From positions 1-61,529 of the forward strand of contig JAXJWL010000148.1 in the NCBI GenBank assembly GCA_036308065.1: 61,529 nucleotides of DNA, read 5' to 3'. Shown here piece by piece: positions 57,139 through 61,529 of the stretch; within the stretch, counting starts at the first letter, position 1, and each line of letters opens with the position of its first letter. This DNA comes from Paludibacteraceae bacterium (GTDB lineage: Bacteria > Bacteroidota > Bacteroidia > Bacteroidales > Paludibacteraceae). The notes beneath the pieces were generated by a model. It saw nothing but the letters and a program-made list of their open reading frames with translations. It ran no database searches and was not told the DNA's origin. A program made the position numbers and the translations under genes.

Positions 57139-58668
57139 ATGGAATTTTTATTTTATATACTTACTTTTATCGTGGGCGGCATCATAGCGGTAATAGTCCT
57201 ACTGCTAGTGCAAAAGTCACTCGGTAATAGTATAATCGACACAGCGAAGGCAGAGGGGGAAGCTATTAAGAAAGCTAAACTTCTGGAGGTTAAAGAAAAA
57301 TATAACCAACTAAAAAGCGAGTACGACAAGCAAGTAAACTCTAGAAACTCTAAACTTCAATCACAAGAAGCTAAACTAAATCAAAAAGAAAAACTTCTTG
57401 TGGCACAAGAAGAAAAGATTATTAAAAAAGAAGGTGAACTAGAAACACTTAAAACAAATCTCGAAAATCAATTGGAATTGGCTGAGAAGAAAGACCAAGA
57501 ACTAGACAAACTTCACGCTAAAGCCATTGAAAAACTAGAAACAATCGCAGGACTATCTGCAGAAGAAGCAAAAAACACCATGATTGAGTCTTTAAAAGAC
57601 GAAGCGAAAACTGCTGCTATGCAGTACACCAACGAAATCATGGAAGAAGCTCGCATGAATGCAAACAAAGAAGCTAAAAAAGTAATTATCAACAGCATTC
57701 AACGTGTAGCAAGTGAAACAGCAATTGAAAATGCAGTAACTGTATTCCACATCGAGTCAGACGAAATTAAAGGTAGAATTATTGGTCGTGAAGGTCGTAA
57801 CATTAGAGCACTAGAAGCTGCCACAGGTGTGGAAATTGTTGTAGACGATACACCAGAGGCTATCGTTCTTTCAGCATTCGACCCTGTTCGTCGTGAGATT
57901 GCACGTCTTTCACTACACCAATTGGTTCAAGATGGACGTATTCACCCTGCTCGTATCGAAGAAGTTGTAACTAAAGTTACCAAACAAATTGAAGAAGAAA
58001 TTGTTGACATAGGTAAACGCACCACTATCGACTTAGGTATTCACGGTCTTCACCCAGAACTTGTGCGCCTTGTTGGTAAAATGAAATATCGTTCATCATA
58101 CGGTCAAAACCTATTACAACACGCACGCGAGACTGCAAACCTATGTGCAGTAATGGCATCTGAACTAGGACTAAATCCTAAAAAAGCACGCCGCGCAGGT
58201 CTGCTTCACGACATAGGCAAAGTTGCAGATGAGGAGCCAGAACTACCACACGCACTATTAGGTATGAAGATAGCGCAACGTTGTGGCGAAAAACCAGATA
58301 TCTGCAATGCTATTGGTTCACACCACGACGAAGTAGAAATGCAAAGTATGATTGCCCCTGTAGTTCAAGCATGTGACGCTATTTCAGGCGCACGTCCAGG
58401 TGCTCGTAGAGAAATCGTAGAAGCATATATCAAACGCTTAAACGACCTAGAAAACCTAGCAATGAGCTATCCTGGAGTACAAAAGACCTACGCAATCCAA
58501 GCTGGTCGCGAACTTCGCGTTATCGTAGGTGCAGACAAGATTGGCGACAAAGAAACAGAACTACTATCTGGTCAAATTGCACAAAGAATCCAAGACGAAA
58601 TGACCTACCCAGGACAAGTGAAAATCACCGTCATCCGCGAGGTCCGTTCCGTAGCAGTTGCGAAATAA
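57139..58668 (+). CDS. rny: Ribonuclease Y
   Basis: N-terminal TM, coiled coil, KH domain ([13 protein letters not shown]) and HD domain (LLHDIGK). 509 aa. Confidence 0.94.
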   Translation: MEFLFYILTFIVGGIIAVIVLLLVQKSLGNSIIDTAKAEGEAIKKAKLLEVKEKYNQLKSEYDKQVNSRNSKLQSQEAKLNQKEKLLVAQEEKIIKKEGELETLKTNLENQLELAEKKDQELDKLHAKAIEKLETIAGLSAEEAKNTMIESLKDEAKTAAMQYTNEIMEEARMNANKEAKKVIINSIQRVASETAIENAVTVFHIESDEIKGRIIGREGRNIRALEAATGVEIVVDDTPEAIVLSAFDPVRREIARLSLHQLVQDGRIHPARIEEVVTKVTKQIEEEIVDIGKRTTIDLGIHGLHPELVRLVGKMKYRSSYGQNLLQHARETANLCAVMASELGLNPKKARRAGLLHDIGKVADEEPELPHALLGMKIAQRCGEKPDICNAIGSHHDEVEMQSMIAPVVQACDAISGARPGARREIVEAYIKRLNDLENLAMSYPGVQKTYAIQAGRELRVIVGADKIGDKETELLSGQIAQRIQDEMTYPGQVKITVIREVRSVAVAK

Positions 58669-58692
58669 AAACTGAATCTCTGCATAAGAAAA

Positions 58693-58728
58693 AGAGGTAT
58701 CATTTGAATATGATACCTCTTTTGTTTT
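58693..58728 (+). terminator. Intrinsic terminator of rny
   Basis: AGAGGTATCA / TGATACCTCT stem followed by TTTGTTTT. Confidence 0.85.
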
Positions 58729-58741
58729 ACTACCCCGGTAC

Positions 58742-58775
58742 AAAAAAATAGGCATCGAATGATGCCTATTTTTTT
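58742..58775. terminator. Bidirectional hairpin terminator just 3' of tmRNA
   Basis: ATAGGCATC-GAAT-GATGCCTAT flanked by A6 and T6. Confidence 0.8.
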
Positions 58776-58776
58776 G

Positions 58777-59170
58777 TGGAGCTGGAGGGGATTGAACCCT
58801 CGTCCAAACGAAGAAATAACGTGCTTTCTACATGCTTATCTCTGCCTTCATTTTCGTCCCGCAACAAGACCAGAGCCACCAATTACGAGCTTATCTTCTA
58901 AAGTTTAATACCTCCATCGAAGCATAAAGGTACGAGTTCCGATATTGTAGCACCTCCGTTTCATCCTGCCTCAGAACAGCGGCCAATGGGAGATGTCTTG
59001 TCCAATCACCTTGTGAAAGGATAAAGCTAATCTACTATACTTCGATTAAGCAGCAAGAGCGTAAGTATTTTCGCCAGTTATATTTTCGAAAGTTCAGATT
59101 ATAGAGCCCCCTTCCAACGCTCTGCATGCTTACACCTTAGTTCTGCTCGCTGTCAAAGCCAGTCAGCCCC
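58777..59170 (-). ncRNA. ssrA: tmRNA (SsrA), tag reading frame GENTYALAA*
   Basis: The 5' end GGGGCTGACTGGCTTTGACAGCG pairs with the 3' end ...GGGTTCAATCCCCTCCAGCTCCA (tRNA-Ala-like acceptor and T-arm). The internal ORF GGCGAAAATACTTACGCTCTTGCTGCTTAA lies at 59046-59075. Confidence 0.93.
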
Positions 59171-59440
59171 GTTACGAACAAATTTTCGTTGGTGCATTGC
59201 CTCTCAAGAAACACCTTTCTTAAAAAGACATTGCAAAGATACTACCTTTACACAATATCTTCCAAACATTTTACAACAAATTATATTACAAAACTATTAC
59301 AAAAACACGAAAAAATTCAAATTTTAGCACATTTTTTGCACATAAACTACACTTTTGTGCATATAATTGTATCTATATTGCACATATTTACTAATTTTGC
59401 GCAGTGATTTTCACCCTAACAATCACAACAATAAAATAAA

Positions 59441-59622
59441 GAAGTTATAAGTTGAAACATAAGTAAGCAAGGATAAGTGAGGAGCGAACAAGAAATTATG
59501 AGTGAGTAGTTAGGAGGAAGGGGTTTTGCCGAAGGCGCCTTTTTCAACCCCTAACGACTAACTTCTCACTCATAATAAATTACTCCTAACTACTGATTCC
59601 CAACTCATAATAACTTCACAAG
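59441..59622. repeat. ~180-bp imperfect palindrome with purine-rich left and pyrimidine-rich right arms
   Basis: ATTATGAGTGAG...CTCACTCATAAT and AGGGGTT...AACCCCT form nested stems. The outer arms are GAAGTTATAAGTTG / CAACTCATAATAACTTC. Confidence 0.7.
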
Positions 59623-59644
59623 AAAAATTAAAACATAAAGAACT

Positions 59645-60454
59645 ATGACTAAAATTAAAGGTAGCAATGTACTTATCACCGGTGGTGGTTCAGGCATTGG
59701 TAGAATCATGGGACGCATCGTCCTAGAAAAAGGAGCAAAAAGCCTTACTATTTGGGATATCAACGAGGAAAACATGGCAAATACAAAAGCAGAATTAAAC
59801 TCAAAAGGCCAAGTTTACACTCAAAAAGTAGATGTTTCAAACCCTACTGCAGTAGAAGAAGCTGCAAGCACAGCAAAAAACAACTGCGGATGCATCGACA
59901 TTGTTATCAACTGCGCAGGCATTGTTGCAAACAACAAAACCTTCGACGAGCAAGGCGTTGCAGACATTACACGTACCATGAACATCAACGCCACAGCACC
60001 TATGCTAGTAGCAAGAGCATTCCTACCAGAAATGATAAAGAAAAACTTTGGTCACGTATGTAATATCGCGTCTGCCGCAGGTATGATTTCAAACCCTAGA
60101 ATGTCTGTTTACGCAGCAAGTAAATGGGCTGTTGTTGGTTGGTCAGACTCTGTGCGTCTAGAACTAAAACAAATGAAGAGCAAAGTACACTTTAGCACTC
60201 TAGCACCTTATTACATCAACACAGGCATGTTCGACGGCGTGAAATCACGCTTCTTCCCTATCCTAAAACCAGAACCAACAGCAAAGAAAATCATCAGAGC
60301 AATAGAAAAAAACAAAAATTTCAAAGGAATTCCATTTGGATTCCACTTCATAAGATTATGCCAAGGTCTGCTACCTACCTTCCTATTCGACTTCATCTTT
60401 GGTGAAGTTGTAGGAATCTTCCATGGAATGGACAATTTTAAAGGTAGAAAGTAA
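59645..60454 (+). CDS. Short-chain dehydrogenase/reductase (SDR) family oxidoreductase
   Basis: TGGGSGIG cofactor motif and YAASK catalytic motif. 269 aa. Confidence 0.88.
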   Translation: MTKIKGSNVLITGGGSGIGRIMGRIVLEKGAKSLTIWDINEENMANTKAELNSKGQVYTQKVDVSNPTAVEEAASTAKNNCGCIDIVINCAGIVANNKTFDEQGVADITRTMNINATAPMLVARAFLPEMIKKNFGHVCNIASAAGMISNPRMSVYAASKWAVVGWSDSVRLELKQMKSKVHFSTLAPYYINTGMFDGVKSRFFPILKPEPTAKKIIRAIEKNKNFKGIPFGFHFIRLCQGLLPTFLFDFIFGEVVGIFHGMDNFKGRK

Positions 60455-60542
60455 ATATTTTATTTTAACGACGAAAGCCACGGCTCTAATTAGAACTGTG
60501 GCTTTTTTACGTTGCAGTAAAAAAATGAATCAAACAATATTA

Positions 60543-61247
60543 TTACTCGCTCAAATAATAAGTAATAGAAGAGACTACTCTTACTCGTTTGATGTGTGGA
60601 GTATTTGAATCACGATTTCCAATACTAAAAGAGCCTTGACTAGCACGTTTAATCTTACCTAACTTGCTGTCTGAATCTTCAGCAAACTTCTCAGCTGTTT
60701 GACGAGCATTTATTGTTGCCTCTTCTACCATCTCTGGCTTAAGTTCATTAAGACCTTCAAACTTAAATTCTATTGGGTTTTCCCAATTGTCAGAAGAAAG
60801 AGTTACACCCTGTTTAATAAGTTGAGATTGTCTTCCCATAAGAGCAAGGACTGTATCAACCTTGTCTGTACAAACAGTAATAACATTTGTAGTTACATAA
60901 CGATACAAACGGTCATTGTTACCATACTCGTTAGCAAACTTATCAGAGATTTTTGGTGATGCTATAGAAATTTCGCTTTCAGGAATACCACCCTCCTTTA
61001 AGAAAGTAGTTATCACCTTATTTTTTTGATCTATTTGGTTATATACGTTTTGTAAGTCATCACCCATTATCTTGAAAGAGATAGGCCAAATTACCTTGTC
61101 TGCTTTTACCTCACGTTCGCACAAACCTTTTACATCTACTGTCCTTGTATAAGACATACAAAGATTTACACTTACTGGAATCATAATTCCAAAAACTATT
61201 AGGCCTACCATTATTGCAAGGCCAGAATATAATTTTCCTTTATCCAT
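60543..61247 (-). CDS. SIMPL-domain (DUF541) protein
   Basis: N-terminal TM/signal with SIMPL-like repeats (...ARQTAEKFAEDSDSKLGKI...). 234 aa. Confidence 0.7.
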   Translation of the reverse strand: MDKGKLYSGLAIMVGLIVFGIMIPVSVNLCMSYTRTVDVKGLCEREVKADKVIWPISFKIMGDDLQNVYNQIDQKNKVITTFLKEGGIPESEISIASPKISDKFANEYGNNDRLYRYVTTNVITVCTDKVDTVLALMGRQSQLIKQGVTLSSDNWENPIEFKFEGLNELKPEMVEEATINARQTAEKFAEDSDSKLGKIKRASQGSFSIGNRDSNTPHIKRVRVVSSITYYLSE

Positions 61248-61365
61248 AATTATAACTTTAAATTAACGTAGCAAAATTAACATTTAATACTTAAAACATT
61301 ATACACAATAGATATAAAAATTATAAACTATTTGTCCGCAAAAGCAAAAGAATCTAAAATATACA

Positions 61366-61403
61366 CAAAAAAAGAAGCCTGCAACTGTTTGTTGCAAGCT
61401 TCT
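61366..61403 (-). terminator. Intrinsic terminator downstream of 5S rRNA (end of rRNA operon)
   Basis: On the minus strand, stem AGAAGCTTGCAAC / GTTGCAGGCTTCT (one G-A mismatch) is followed by a T-run. Confidence 0.8.
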
Positions 61404-61410
61404 CTGAAAA

Positions 61411-61518
<108 letters not shown>

Positions 61519-61529
61519 AATAAGGTAGA

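Noticed and set aside
59189-59407. 72-aa plus-strand ORF next to ssrA
   Set aside because: It lies in an AT-rich region that should contain the ssrA promoter, and it carries the TGCACAT motif array. Its amino-acid composition is biased and it has no recognisable domain, so it is likely non-coding.

Overview
This is a low-GC chromosomal segment that looks Bacteroidota (Bacteroidales-like). Four things point that way. TAnnTTTG -7 boxes lie upstream of many genes, with no Shine-Dalgarno sequences. There is a T9SS C-terminal sorting-domain remnant. The tmRNA tag is GENTYALAA. Gene content includes a serine-palmitoyltransferase-like gene and an exbB-exbD-tonB cluster. Most of the window is housekeeping: pheT (3' part), yebC, ruvC, nadK, pdxJ, exbBD-tonB, purM, prfA, pyrF, lpxD-lpxC-lpxA, glnS, rimM, tRNA-Val, tnaA, valS, the ilvD-ilvB-ilvN-thioesterase-ilvC operon, recA, rlmB, a pullulanase, purN, rplS, zapA, rny, tmRNA, and a 5S rRNA at the right edge (end of an rRNA operon). 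There are two accessory regions. (1) 15.9-24.7 kb, minus strand, is a tightly packed 7-gene Type I R-M island: half-size hsdS, hsdM, a DinD-like gene, an uncharacterised 2-TM/coiled-coil protein, full-length hsdS, TGACGTCA-centred dyads, hsdR, and an M48/DUF45 Zn-peptidase. The 2-TM protein and the TGACGTCA palindromes are the best candidates for something undescribed. (2) 44.5-47.6 kb holds an orphan T9SS C-terminal-domain fragment beside an AAA ATPase and a tyrosine recombinase, with AGCGGAA half-site arrays on both sides of the ATPase gene. I also found a BCAA-rich leader peptide with an attenuator upstream of ilvD, and several families of short dispersed intergenic repeats: a ~70-nt double-hairpin unit, a CTGAGCYTGTCGAAG hairpin, AGGAATT heptamer arrays and an 11-bp tandem repeat. 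I saw no CRISPR array and no IS transposase. All calls come from reading the sequence and the ORF translations; no database search was run.
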